Positions 27,195 through 40,800 of a stretch of 64,000 nt of DNA are shown here, in pieces (the stretch's first letter is position 1; each line of letters starts with the position of its first letter). The DNA is from Octopus vulgaris (taxonomy: Eukaryota): the NCBI GenBank assembly GCA_951406725.2, contig OX597815.1, positions 134,478,001 through 134,542,000 of the forward strand, in the 5' to 3' direction. The notes beneath the pieces are model-generated. The model saw only the letters and a list, made by a program, of their open reading frames with translations. It was not told where the DNA came from and searched no databases. A program made the translations under genes and the position numbers.

Positions 27195-29289
27195 GTAAGG
27201 AACGAGTTCTTTCTATTTTGTTTGTTTAAATATATTTTTTAAAATCTGTGTTATAAACATTCAAGATTTTGATGACTACGGGATTCTTATCTTCTGTTGT
27301 TAATAATTTTTGGAGAAAACCATGAACATTACAAAATGAGACAATCTTATGTAGTTCCTGCTGTAGCCAGTTATCTACAGAAAGATGGTCTTTACTAGGC
27401 TAACCTGCTGTTCTGAGTCATTTGGTGGTATACAAACCAATTAGAGCATTACTTCGCTTTTCCATTGTACACTATATGTGAAAGGATAAAAATCATACCA
27501 CAGCCATTTTTTTTTTTTTTTTGGAACAAGGTACATAACTCTGCTTGACACGTATTAGCTGACTGATAAAAATATTAAAGTGGTTGCACAACACTTTTAC
27601 CAAAAGTAGTTGAACAGAAGAAAGAGGCTCCAAGTCTTAAAACAATAAAAAATTATCTTACACATGAAAATTCAAGGAAATGGATGAGAGTAACATATAT
27701 TTGAGTAACAGGTTTTAAGCTTCTGGTTTCATTCCTACACATCAGTAAAATCCTGGTATGGTTGGTAATGAATAGTACTTATTTAAGTAGCATTCAATAT
27801 ATCAGATTAATTCAGTGAACTATAATTTTTTCTTGTGAACATTGGTTTTGTGCTACTTTGCAAAATCAATGCTTGTGTGTGACATACAGCAAGATTGTAA
27901 GCTTCTGCAGCACAATTTCAGTCAAGCTGAAGTCAGCCACTTTGCTTATTTTACAAATACCTCTCCCCATAGCGTCATCATAAATATTATGATAGCTGAG
28001 TTACCATAGTGTTCAGTTTTGTAACATTGCCAGAAGAAACTGATAATTCCATTTAATTCTTTCATTTCACAGTGATATGTAAATCTGTGAATTGTTTGAC
28101 TTTTTTTAATCAAAGACTACTACCAGTGAGTGGTCAACTATTTCTAGTATATCTGTTCTTGACTGATAGGTGAATAGAGGCAATATAGGATAAATTGCTC
28201 AGTACAGAAATTTTAAAACATCTGCAGTGGAATTGAATTTATATCTTGGAAATCTTTGAGTCAGATTACTTATCCACTGCCATTTTTTTCAAAACAATGG
28301 AATGTAATATGCATGAAATGTAATGACATTTTAATGTTAGGTTAGATCAATCATCTTAGTGCAAAAGTCTTATTGGGTAAAGGCACTGACTTCACAGAGG
28401 TCCAGAGTGCTTTACCTCTCTCATACATTACAATATTGGCTTTTTTTTTTATGGTTCGCTGCTCTTCCTATCACCAGGTATTTTACAGAATGTACTGAGT
28501 GCATTATCTCATGATACCAGTTATAAAGAGATTATGTCCTCAGTAAGACAAGACTAAAAGATCTTAACATTATGCTTTCTCTGCTTATTCACTAACCACT
28601 TTATATAGTGCACTGGATGTATTTTATCAATGCATTAGTATGAAGAGTTGCTGTGTACATCATCATCATCGTTTAATGTCCATATTCCATGCTGGCATGG
28701 GTTGGACTGAGGTCTGGAAAGCCAGTGGCTGCACCAGGCTCCAATCTGATCTGGCAGTGTTTGTACTGCTGGATGCCCTTCCTAATGCCTTATGAATAAA
28801 GAGTACTCACTATGCTAAGTTGTGTACTTTCCCTAAAGTGAATAGAAGAGAAAGAAAGAAGTGTCAGAATGGTTGGTTGAAGAGAGGAAAAGTATGATGG
28901 TAAAAGAACTGAATGATTGAGGTGGAGGGAGAGTGATGGGTGACAATAAGAAGGGGTTAGGTGAGTGAGTGATGACTGGCTATACAGAAAGGGGTAATGA
29001 TAGAATGTATTGGGTACAAACAGGTCAGTGCAGTTTCTTATACATAGAGCTTGTGATGGGCATGTGAAGTAGAATGATGAGGTTGGTGGTAGTTGTTTTT
29101 GTGGTTGAATGTATGTAGTTTCTGCATTGTCTATCTTTCATGAAATGAGTGACAAAAGTGACTGGGTGATGATGGGAGTTAAAATGTGGGTGAGTGGGAA
29201 ATGAAATATAATGACAATAAAATATAAATATATGACTATGAAACTTATGAACAAACCTAATGTCATTTAATTTTGTTTCTTCTTTCCAG

Positions 29290-29452
29290 GGGTATTGATT
29301 CAATTTTGCAAGATTACGTAGCAAAGTATATTCCTTGGATCCAGAAGGTTTGGCTGCTTGTCAGCATTCTTGCAATGGCTGGATTACTGCATTTCAACTA
29401 CAATGATATTGGCGCCTCTCGTGCTTTGCTCTTACTATGGAGTATTCATTAG
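29290..29452 (+). CDS. SDHD: SDHD last coding exon
   Basis: tctttccag acceptor. Translation (W)GIDSILQDYVAKYIPWIQKVWLLVSILAMAGLLHFNYNDIGASRALLLLWSIH* has the quinone-site DY motif and the FNYNDxG..LW C-terminus of CybS. TAG at 29450-29452. Confidence 0.96.
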
Positions 29453-29711
29453 TCCTGAAATTGTACTCCTCCTACTCTGCCGCCCACACCACCCTCTCAG
29501 TACTACTCATTCAGCACATGCACGCACATAAATTTATGCAAACACACACACACACACACACACATACAGTGGAAATCCTGTTACTTACACATAACTAATA
29601 TATAGGAAATAGAAATCAGCTTCCACTTGAAACCTCACTGCAGAATTTTTCACTTATTTTAGCTTGTGTATGTATCTGTGTTTATTATTATTATTGTTAT
29701 TATTATTATTG

Positions 29712-29930
29712 AAGGTGGCAAGCTGGCAGAATTGTTAGCATGCCGGGCAAACTGCTTAGCAGTATTTTGTCTGTCTTTATGTTCTGAGTTCAAATTCCGC
29801 CGAGGTTGACTTTGCCTTTCATCCTTTTGGGGTCGATAAAATAGGTACCAGTTGAATACTGGGTCGATGTAATTGACTATCCCCCCATCCCCTAAATTTC
29901 AGGCCTTGTGCCTATAGTAGAAAGGATTAT
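29712..29930 (+). mobile_element. SINE family B, inserted in (TTA)n downstream of the SDHD stop
   Basis: Full head, central domain and tail, with (TTA)n on both sides. Confidence 0.88.
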
Positions 29931-30862
29931 TATTATTATTATAAAAACTAAGATAGTGGAATAGCAGAAACAATAGTAGCACACTGGATTGAATGCTTTA
30001 CAATAGTTAATTCCACCTCCTCAATTGTCTGAGTTTTAATTTCATTGAGGTATACTTTGTCCTCCATTCTATCAGGCTTGATTCAATAAATGTCAGCCTT
30101 GTACTGGGATCAGTTCACTTAACTGTACCACTATACTATCTGTTGCTTTGCATTAACCTAAGAGATTATTATTTTTGGCAGAGAGCACTTGTGGTTCCTT
30201 TCTTTCTTACACAAACACATAGCCTTAAATTCTTACTCTTTTGGTTATAAGTTCTCTAGAACTTGCCCACTCATTATAATTTACATTCTACACACAAATA
30301 ACAAGCAAATTGTAGATACTTTAACACTAATTGATTAAAACCCTGTCAATTTGTGTATGTATATTATGGAGCTGCCTTACAGTTGTATTTAAAGTGTTTA
30401 TATGAGTCATGTCAGAGACCCTTTAAAGTTAGATTCCTTTAAAGGTCAAAGGTTATACTAAGGTTTGTTGCTGGAAATGAACTGTGTGAGAAATCTTGCC
30501 ATGGTATTTTTATTGGTGCATTTTTGTACTCTAATGCAAGGCTCTTATAAAGTTGGTTCGTCTAGATATTATTTTGTGAGAAACTCTGACAGTGTTTTGG
30601 TCTGAATGTTGTTCTTTGAAAGTTCAGATAAAGGTTTGTGAGATGCAAATGCACTCTGTTGAAGATTTGCTAAAAGGTTTGTTAGTGCTAATGGACCATG
30701 TTGCAGGCTGCTCATTCAAGAATTTGTTGAGGGTAGTGTACTTTGCTGCAGATTTCTGCTAAGATTTATGGGCACCAACGTTTTCCATAGAGTTAATGAG
30801 GCCACTGGATTCTTGCAGAGATTTCTTTTGAGCATTTACCTAATATATATATACATATATAC

Positions 30863-30908
<46 letters not shown>

Positions 30909-33355
30909 TAGCTGGTGGTTTATGTTTATCATTTCTGTTTTTAATTTTTTCTCCTTAAAGTGAGATGTAGATATAGGTATCTTTATGAAGGAGATAGTTT
31001 ATACTATGCATGTGGCTTTTATAACATCCCTTTAGTTAATTGTTTTTGGTTGAGAAGAGGAATTTAGTTAAGCTTTTTCTTAGGATATTTATTGTTGGTG
31101 TGAATGTGTTCTGCATTAATAGAAGGGGATCTTTCAGATAAATTAATGAATAAGAGAACGTGATCTTATTTGGCTTAAGGATACATGTTAACCAGTATTT
31201 TGCTGGCTACTTTGTTAGTTTTCTTTGTCAAAAATTAAAGTTATATATTTTCCAGAGGACTTATTCCAAGGACTTATATTTACCAAAATTAACAAAACCT
31301 AGCGGAGATTGTCATCCATGTTGTGCTAATCTGGTAGAATAATTCCAGTAAAGCATTATTCTGAACTACAAATTTCTGTTCTCTGTACCACCAATGTACT
31401 GCAGAAATTTATTTACTTTTTTTTTTAATAAATCAGTCTTAAAGAGATTAAACTGAAGATAGTTCTAAATAATTGCTGTTTTGTTTTGTTTATTTTGATA
31501 TGATACAGTAATGGTTACCTGGATTAGCTGGCACACCAATTACAGACATAACTCAGATGGACCAGTCTGATGGAGACAGGAAGTATCTTCAATGGGCATT
31601 TCATTAGCATTCAATGGTACTTGTATGGTAAATGTTGGGTGGGAGTTTCCCTGCATTGTTCTTATTGAAACAATGAAAATTAACACGGGAAAGGAAACAT
31701 TACCACATTTAATTAATTCTCTATTAAATGAAGCAGCCTCATAGCTATCAGTCTTGCATACATCTCCTTTCTGCTACTTCAATTTTTCTTCTTGTATATA
31801 TACCCATTTTCCATATTTGTTCTCTTGTTGTTTAATGGTATTCAGAAGATTATAATCTGGATGCATAAGCATGTGATACATGATTCAGAAAATATCTTCA
31901 TAGTTCCAGGTTCAGTCCCACTGCATGGCACCTTGGGTAAGTATCTTCTACTATAACCTCGGGCTGATCAGTCTTGTGAGAGGATTTGGTTGACAGAAAC
32001 TAAAAGAAGCCCAAAGTAAACTTTCTATGAAGCAATGGATGTATATTTGAAGATACACCACCACCTCTACAAAAAAACCCCCAAAACCTCAAATATTTGG
32101 CAGAAGACAACTTATTTTTCTCTTATATTAAAAATGTTACAAAATAAAACTTGAAAAATTATTAATAACCCTCCATGTAGTGTTTCTGGGTAATTTGGAA
32201 TGAAATATAAGGTTTATTTATTTTGATAAGACCACAATTTTACCTTTGCTACAAAAAGTAAACTATTGCACATTTTAATATTAATATGGACATCAATTTA
32301 ACTAGTTTCAAGTCTTTTTTTTTTTTATCAGGGATTTTCAATCTCTTTGTCACTTGGTACTCCTTAGTTATATATGACAAGTTCCTGTGTATCCATAAAA
32401 TTATATTGATTTTAATAAGAACTCTAATCAATTGTGAAGAATTAAACAAAGTGGTCACATCACAGGTTTCTATCTCTGTGGACTGAACAAGTGGGATTTC
32501 ATTTGTGTCTACTACTCTCAGACCTTCAGAAAAAGAGTATGTCTTCTCTCAAAGCAGAGGTCAGTAACTAATTGTGTATACAGCTTGGACACAAACTTGT
32601 CTACATCAGTTTTAAAAAATCAATACTTGTTAATTCAAAATAGGAAAGTCCATGCAGTGGCTGTGTTACCACTATATAGCAGTTAATTTAACATGCCAGA
32701 TTTCTTATATCTGAATGGCATATTGCTGTTATTGGTGGGTAAAGCAGGTTATATTTTTAATGAAATTTTAAAAATAACCCAGCTGACTCCAGGAGCCAAG
32801 GTAATAGCACTGGAGTAAGTTTTCCTGTCGCTTATCTCAAGTCAAAAGGAAGATTTGGAAGTCAGTACTACACACCAATGAAACCTTTCTTAGCTATAGA
32901 GCTTGGTACAGTACAGATTGATAGACTGAACTAGCAAGTATCTTCATTATAGACGGTGTGTATTGCTGGCAGTGGAGTATAAATTATTGATCTTTCAGAT
33001 GAATCTGATGTAATTTTAGCTACTAACAAACTTTGTTGATAGAAAAATGGTATACTTGATGGATTTTATTCTAGTAAGCAAATACTAATTGTCTTAACTT
33101 TATAGAAGTGGGGTTAACATTTGTATTAAAAAATATCATTGGGATTGCTTCATCAAGATTCAGTTAGATTTTAGGAGAAATTGTGTAAATGAAGATCTAA
33201 AAAGAAGAAAATATGGGCAGTGTGACTTTTATGTAAGTAGATATGGTAATTAAAATTTTTCTCATTTGGGGAAAAAGAAAAAGAACCAGAAGCAGTTGTC
33301 AGATTTTCAAATAAAAGGGAAAGTAATATCAATAAATTAAGAAGGAATCTATTAA

Positions 33356-33552
33356 CCCTTCCGGCCATATCCAGCTCAGAGTCAATCTGTTTTATGTTCA
33401 AACTGGACAGTGGCCTCTCACACCTACACTAAGATGATCATTTTAAAAATAAACAATTACATCACTAAAATCTTATGAGATAATGCAGGATAAATTCAGG
33501 ATGATGTGAATAGATAAATATTACTTTTGACAATAATCTGAATACTAAAGGG
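33356..33552. mobile_element. piggyBac-type MITE
   Basis: TTAA|CCCTT ... AAAGGG|TTAA termini. A related decayed copy lies at about 1010-1140. Confidence 0.65.
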
Positions 33553-34249
33553 TTAAACTTAATTTGTGTGCTGAAGGGGAAAGTTATTTGCAGGTAAGAG
33601 ACAACTATGGGCAAGTTATGGTCTTATTGGACCATATCACCTTGGTATAAAGTACTTATGATTGCTTCATTAGCCGACAAATACTTATATATAGAAAGTT
33701 ACAACTTTTTGGTCAGTATCATGTATATACTGTTACTAGTATATTTCCCACTATATTGAATTGTGCTCCTTCTACGTTTTTGGTGAGAGATATGAATTCT
33801 ATTTTATTGGTCTTTAAAGGATTGAGATACTTGGTGCCTTGGTGTATTCAACACCAGAATTGATATTAGTGCTGGTGCCACTATGGAGCGATTGGCGTTA
33901 TGAAGGGCATCCAGCTGTGGAAACCATGATAGCTCTGGTCAAACCATCCAACCCATACCAATATGGAAAATGGGTGTTAAATGATGATATTGTACAAGAT
34001 TTTACTGGAGTTTGTTTGTCAGCATACATGTTAATAATGAAGTACAGTGTTAATTAATACTTCATTCATCTTTTAGTTTATTTCTGATCATCAGTCTTGT
34101 GAATCTTGGACTGTGACTTGTCCAATGATCTTAACTGCTGTAATAAACTAAAATTACCAAACGGTGGGTAATTTATTGATTTGTAAGCTAATAAAACAAT
34201 GATGTCAGTTCAGGAATAAGAAAAATTGTTGTGGTCAGTGCTGCGTAAC

Positions 34250-34427
34250 TGGCACCTGTGCCAATGTCGCATAAAAAGCACCCACTACTCCCTTGGAGTG
34301 GTTGGCGTTAGGAAGGGCATCCAGTCGTAGAAACCATGCCAAATCAGATTGGAATCTGATGCAGCTCCCCAGTTTTCAGTCAAACCGTCCAACCCATGCC
34401 AGTATGGAAAATGGATGTTAAATGATG
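34250..34427 (+). mobile_element. RTE-type LINE 3' tail fragment
   Basis: ggagtggttggcgttaggaagggcatccag..ccaacccatgccag.atggaaa, as in the other copies. Confidence 0.8.
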
Positions 34428-36067
34428 AAAGTATTGCAGTTTTTACTCTTTCCACCAGAGCTGAAACTCCGTGTTAATGCCACCTGAGACATTGGGCCTT
34501 TATAAGGGATCAAATCTCTAAGTAGCACGTAGTTCAATAGTTGAATAAGATTTTGTCGTGTTATTTGGCAGGTACTTAAATTTGTAAAATTAGTTAAGTT
34601 TGGGGCTTAGGGAGCGATGATTTTGCTTTTTTAGGGAATTTGTTCAATTTATTCAGAGTTACCTCCCTGTTACATACCTCTAAATTCACTAGATTTCTCC
34701 AATCGTACGAGCGTGTGCACACACACCATATATGCGAAATAGTGAGGACTTTTGGTTGGTAACTGCGGAAGAATGAGCATATCCACATTTTGTGTGTGTG
34801 TGTGTGTGTATATTTTTTCCCTATGTTCTTTCGTCATCCAGCGCAATATTTTACTCCACACACACTATATATATAATCATGCTGCCGTTAAGAACATTTT
34901 GGAAAGTTTTATTTTTTTGATATATTACCGGAGATTATATGAGCATTCAGGAGAATTGTCTATGAATACCACGCTCACAAATTTTGTGAGGTCAGACGTA
35001 TAATCTAAAATATAGTTTATTTAGCGAAGTTATCGAGATGAATATAATTGATCTGAAGGCAAGTTGCAAATTTTGGCACAAGATCAGCAATTTCGGGGGA
35101 GGGGATAGTCGACCTCGGTGGAATTTGAACTTAGCGGCATTTTGTCCGTCTTGGCGTTCTAAGTATTTTACCCGGCTTGCTAATGATTCTGCCTGCTCGC
35201 CACCTTCTCTGCGCAAAACTTTGATAAATTTTGGCACGAGATCAGAAATTTCGGAGGAGAAGCGAAGTCGAATACATCGATCCCAGTGTTCAGCTGATCA
35301 ACCTCGGTGCAATTTGAACTCAGAACGTAAAGATAGGCGAAATGCTGAGCATTTTGCCCGGTGTGCTAACGATTCTTGCCAGCTCGCCACCTATTTCTGA
35401 ACCAAACATTGAAAATATCTTTTATGTACTCATGTTATGACTTCTGAGTTACTTCCCTTGGTCTTAAATCCTGAAGTTGCGAAAGCGTTCAGCAAACCAT
35501 TGACATCTCATTAGAAACTAATTATGTTTATTTAAACTGCTGGTATTGGCAAACACAACACGAGCAATTTAAACACTTATGTTTCTGAGGTTGATTTCCT
35601 CGGTATAAACATGAGATAACACTGAACAGAAGATAACTTCGGAATGCTATCGGTTTGATATTCACCAGCCAACATCCATCTACTGCTGTTCGTTGAACAG
35701 AAAAATGTATAAGTAGGTTTAACACGAGGTGTTCGGATTACATTTACTACTTAATGCAGTTTTTACAATCCTTGTTTTACAATCAACTCATTTGATCTTA
35801 ATTCTCCGCTTGGTAATCACAGTTAATGAGGGAGATTTCTATACGATTGTTCGACCAGCTAGAAGTAGCAGTTCAATTCTTTTCATATCACACAATTCTT
35901 TTTATCTTTTTGAAACGTTGGATCTCGAAGCAAATGACATTGTAAATAGATAATAGCGTGCTACTATAGCGATATTTGCTTCGAGATCCAACGTTCCAAA
36001 TAATTATTATTCTTTCGAAGTTTATAAAAATTCTTATGACGTCAGCGCGCGCATGCGCCACACACAT

Positions 36068-36462
36068 TCTTTTCTACTCTAGGCAAAAGGCCCGAAATTT
36101 TTGGGGAGGGGCCAGTCGATTAGATCGACTCAGTATGCAACTGGTACTTAATTTATCGACCCCGAAAGGATGAAAGGCAAAGTCGACCTCGGCGGAATTT
36201 GAACTCAGAACGTAAAGACACGAAATACCTATTTCTTTACTATCCACAAGGGGCCTAACACTGAGAGGACAAGCAAGGACAGACAAACGGACCAAGTCGA
36301 TTACATCGACTCCAGTGCGTAACTGGTACTTAATCTATCGACCCCGAAAGGATGAAAGGCAAAGTCGACCTCGGCGGAATTTGAACTCAGAACGTAACGG
36401 CAGACGCAATACCGCTAAGCACTTCGCCTGGCGTGCTAACGATTCTACCAGCTCGTCGCCTT
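36068..36462 (-). mobile_element. SINE family B, long/dimeric form, well preserved
   Basis: Two copies of the central domain (36140-36215 and 36320-36395) and head aaggcgacgagctggtagaatcgttagc on the minus strand. Confidence 0.9.
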
Positions 36463-36691
36463 ACACACACATATATTGACTGGAGGTTTTTTTCTCCACT
36501 TTAGTTCTATAGCTGAGAGTGCTAGTAAAGCGGTTAATTTGCACTCAAATCAATTTCTTTAGATTTCCAGTTGGAGCGTAAATTTAGTAATTCAGATGCT
36601 GTAGTGCCAGTTACTTGTAAGTCCTCAGAAACTTGTGAGGCTGGAATGGTGATCAGTTTTAAAAACATTATATATCAAAATTACGTATCAA

Positions 36692-37066
36692 TAGGCGCAG
36701 GCGTACTGTGTGGTAAGAAGGTTGCTCCCCAACCACGTGGTTCCAGGTTCAGTCCCTCTACGTAGCGCCTTTGGAAAGTGTCTACTGCTAAATCTTCGGG
36801 TCGATCAAAGCCTTGTGAGTGGATTTGGTAGACAGAAACTGAAAGAAGCCCGTCGTATATGTGTTTGTGTGTTTGTGTCTGTATTTGGCAATCGGCGTTT
36901 GTGTGTTTACGTCCGCGTACATTAGTGCTTCAGCAAAAGAGACCGGTAGAATAAGTACTAGGCTTAGAAAATAAGTCCTTAGGTCGATTCATTTAATTAC
37001 AAAAATTCTCCAAGGCAGTGCCCCAGCATGGCTGCAGTCAAATGCCTGAAACGAGTAGAAGATAAA
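36692..37066 (+). mobile_element. SINE family A, near full length
   Basis: tRNA-like head ggcgcaggcgtactgtgtggtaag..ggttcagtccc, (TG) middle, tail ggcagtgccccagcatggctgcagtcaaatgcctgaaac. Confidence 0.88.
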
Positions 37067-38379
37067 ATGCTTGCTGCGGGGTGGGGGAAGCAAGGAGATA
37101 ATTTCAGAGGTCTGACACATTGAAGAAAAGATTGAATATAGGAGTTAGTGCCTTGATGCATGTAATACAGTATGAAGTTGAAATGAAGGAGAGACCAGAT
37201 ACCATACAAGCTTAGATGAAGGTAATATGTAAGTAGATGGTTCTGAGGAGTAAAATGTGTTATAGTAATAGAATAGGCCGAGTGAAGAAATTGTACGTCC
37301 GGCAGTGATATTGTTGAGAACGAGGTTTTAGCCAATCGGTCAGATGGTTTTTATTATCGATACGGTCAATGATGATGTTAGCTAATCTTTGGAATGCAGA
37401 TATTGTTTTATGTATTTCCTAGGAATAATAATTGAAGATCGGGAAGACTAGTTCAAAGAGAAAGCATACGATTGTACATTGATTTGGAGTAGGGAAACAA
37501 AATTGTTTAGAAAATACTTCAGATACATTATCTACTTAAAACACTACAGCTTTTCTCGACCACATCTTTTGTGTCTCTAACAACACCATGTATCGATTGG
37601 ATTAAAAACAAGGATTTCAGTGATGGACAATATGCATAACGTCGCGCTTAAATATAACACATATCCAGCCCTAATTGCCAACAATTCATAGTTCGGCAGT
37701 TTCTTCCAAGTGACGATTCCTGAATCTCTTCAGTTTGACTCAAAGATTTTAAATTAGTTCTTTTTAACTAAACAGTTTGAAACTTTGTATACTGGTGTAA
37801 TTTCTCACGCTGAACACAGTTTACTTTCAGCATTTTTGACAAAATTTCATATTTTAGAAGTTATTCCGTGTTAAAGTTGTCATCTTTGGGTAATTTTAAC
37901 CAAACAACGTGTATTCAACTGAAGATACCTACTGTTGTTTGCGATAGTAATCGAAGAGCAACAACTTCCGGGTCATCTTTACTAAATGTATTTTTCAATC
38001 ACGTGTGGGTTATCACTTGTTTACTCCCTCCTTCTCGGCATATCGGAGCTATTACAGATCGGACCATGAGCTGTGTTGTTCATTTGTATGTCTTCTATTC
38101 GCACATTAACATTTTGAAACTTTATTTGGAAACTGGCTACATGAGATTTATTCCTTCCTTTATTATAGGGACTGTTCTGAACTATCGAAAATGTGCCATT
38201 AAAGAGTATGAAAAGTTCAACATTAGATTAACTCATTTTCCACATAAGCTTTGTTCAAATATAAACACTGCAAAATCCGCTAAAGCGTTTCTTTTTTTTT
38301 TCTTCTAAGTCAGTAAATATGAAATAATTATTTCTACAGCAGCCTTTTACACTATAGTATAAATTGTTACCAAAAGATT

Positions 38380-38860
38380 ATGTACATGGAAATCAACACT
38401 GTCGCAAAACAAAACATCAAAAATAATTTCGACAGAGTATCCAAACCCAGATTTAATATTAACTGGTTAAAGAATCATTTTAATGTGACCAGTGAAGCAG
38501 TCTTAGAATTAAAAAAGGATACCTATTATCTACACATTCGAATCTATGGAAGAAAGAACGCTGTGGCTTTTACGAGGTACTAATGATGCCGAAAGCAAAA
38601 TTAAAGGCAAATTCGTTTAAACTATTCAGTAAATCTAGAACGACTCATAAAAATCTATTTAATTTGAGAAAATATTTTCAAACATTAGACCATATTAGGT
38701 ACTAGCGTCATACAAGTCAGTATAGCTATGTTGAGCAATGAAATACGAAGCAGATACATTTTATGTTACCATGGGCAGTTTCAGCACAGCTGAAATCTGG
38801 TAATTAGTAGGTTTGTTTTCACTCAACATCATACAAATACATTTGATGACAACAACGTAA
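38380..38860 (+). pseudogene. Highly decayed Penelope-like RT fragment
   Basis: About 38753-38830 reads DTFYVTMGSFSTAEIW*LVGLF, matching the PLE RT motif FDVTMGSxDGAExCELVGL. The upstream INWLKN segment resembles the NQWKN region. Confidence 0.6.
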
Positions 38861-39729
38861 GTTTATACTTATATGGATGACAGTCTTATGATTTTAAATT
38901 GTGCGAACTGATGTTGTTTAGCCAAAGGCCAGCTCTAATCAAGCAGGTGTATAAGAATATGCCTTCTGTTCTTGACTACCCAGTATTTTGCAGTGTATCT
39001 AGAATTGTATTATGCAATGTGTCTTTTCCTTTCTTGAAGATGGTGGGAGTGAATCGAGAGAGATTTTGCTGCTATTTCTAGTACGTCGAATGACCACGTA
39101 GAAGCACTTCCGCTGGCCTAGAAGTACACTATAATGCGGATACCACAGAGAAAACACCTCGACCAGTTTATGCGAAGCTTAGAGATCATCCAATAAAAAT
39201 ATTGCTAGTACTAACGCAACGATTCTTTCGCTTGATTAATAAAGAACATCACTCGCGAAATTTATTTTGGAGATTAAAAGATGAAGAGATAATTCTGAAC
39301 AGAGCATCAACGTGTAGAAATAGGTCAGTTTCAATACAATTTCTCCTTAACTGAGTAAAAAAAAAAATCTCTGCCATATTTTCCGACCCACTTCAATTCT
39401 GAATAAAAATTTTGAATTAATTTCAACTTGCCACCACATATCCAAATTCCTTCTCGTTAAATCACAAAACTCCATTGATGCATGCAGTATTATAATAAAT
39501 AATATTTGACATCAGACGTTATGTGACCGATTTATGATATTTGATGCTGTTTAAAAGTTACAGCTGCTATCAGTTACGCTTTTCAACCTAATAATGAATA
39601 TAAATGACCAAACAAAGACAGAGAAAAGCATTAGGTATGGGTTTAGTACCATAATCTCTGTCTTTCTCTCTTAGTCCTACTTTCTCTCTCCCTTTCGTTG
39701 TATCTTTCTATCTATAATACGTATATGAT

Positions 39730-40800
39730 TTATTCTTGAAGTCAATTGCGCGCCTTGCAGTACTATGCGCTCCTGTTAAAGGTGGTTTCATTGGAAGACA
39801 ATATACAAATCTTCTTGATCATGCTTATAGCAACATGTTTAATGACGTTCGAAATGTCTTAAAAATGTATGTAGATATATATACTGTGGTGCCATTTGGT
39901 TTCTTAAAGAACTCGTAGAATTTCGAGTTTAGTTTAAGTGCTATACCAAAGAGATTAGTATCTTAAAGTTTGCTTTGAATGTCATCAGGATTTGTTGAAG
40001 GTTGTAATCATTCGTTTCCTGAGGGTATCGGTTGCACGCCCATCCGCGCTATTCGAAACCCTTGTCCGTCATCTCAATACAGGTCATCAAAACATAATGC
40101 CATCAAAATATCTCACTAATAAGTCTGCAGGTTTCAGCTCCATGAAAGCGACCCATAGTGACATCGAAATCACAGTTCTGCTTTTCGTATTCCAGAAAGC
40201 TTCTTTGCTAGAAAATGAGTGATCTCCTAACATGCATGGAATTCTGCAGGTCGCCTTGTGGGAAGTCTTTTTAGAAAATGATATCGGCTTTTGGAAAGAT
40301 AAGAGTCAACGATATATTGGATAAATTTGCATTCATTTTTGTCTTTGTTTTTTTTCAATGCTATTAAACAATGTAATAACTCACGTTATGTTATTCCATA
40401 GATCCACATGCGTAAATTGCTTTATTCAGCGCTTACTTTCTCTAAGATCATTTTGCAAACCATACGCAAATCACATTTGGCAGGTGTTTATACAAATGAC
40501 TCAACATTTGATTGAGTTCTCGAAATTGTTTTTGTGGTGTCATTCAGTGTGATGAAATATGGTATTTTAGCAAATCATTTAAGTTTGTCTTTAATGTTAT
40601 GTTTTATGACAACGTGTTGTCTTTCCATGTTGATTTCATTGTCCACGTTTCTGTTAGTTTTTTCCCCCCTGTTTGTATGGATGCTGTTCTGCATGAACTT
40701 GTAAATGTCTTTGCTTATCTCGTATAAGCTCCTCCTTGTTTCTCAGCGAATAAGAATACGTTTCCTTAAGTTGTTATTGTTGAAAATCGAGTCAATTTTG
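39730..40800 (-). pseudogene. Decayed Penelope-like RT
   Basis: Minus frames give DVTMGRFHGAETCRLI, NLRYTNLFGIALKLNSKFYEFFKKPNGTTVYI and IKKICILSSNETTFNRSA, colinear with PLE RT core/thumb motifs, with many stops. Confidence 0.75.

Noticed and set aside
37868-38308. 146 aa ORF with a nearby ACTTCCGG motif
   Set aside because: Non-ATG start, no recognisable domain or convincing splice structure, and it lies between repeat remnants.
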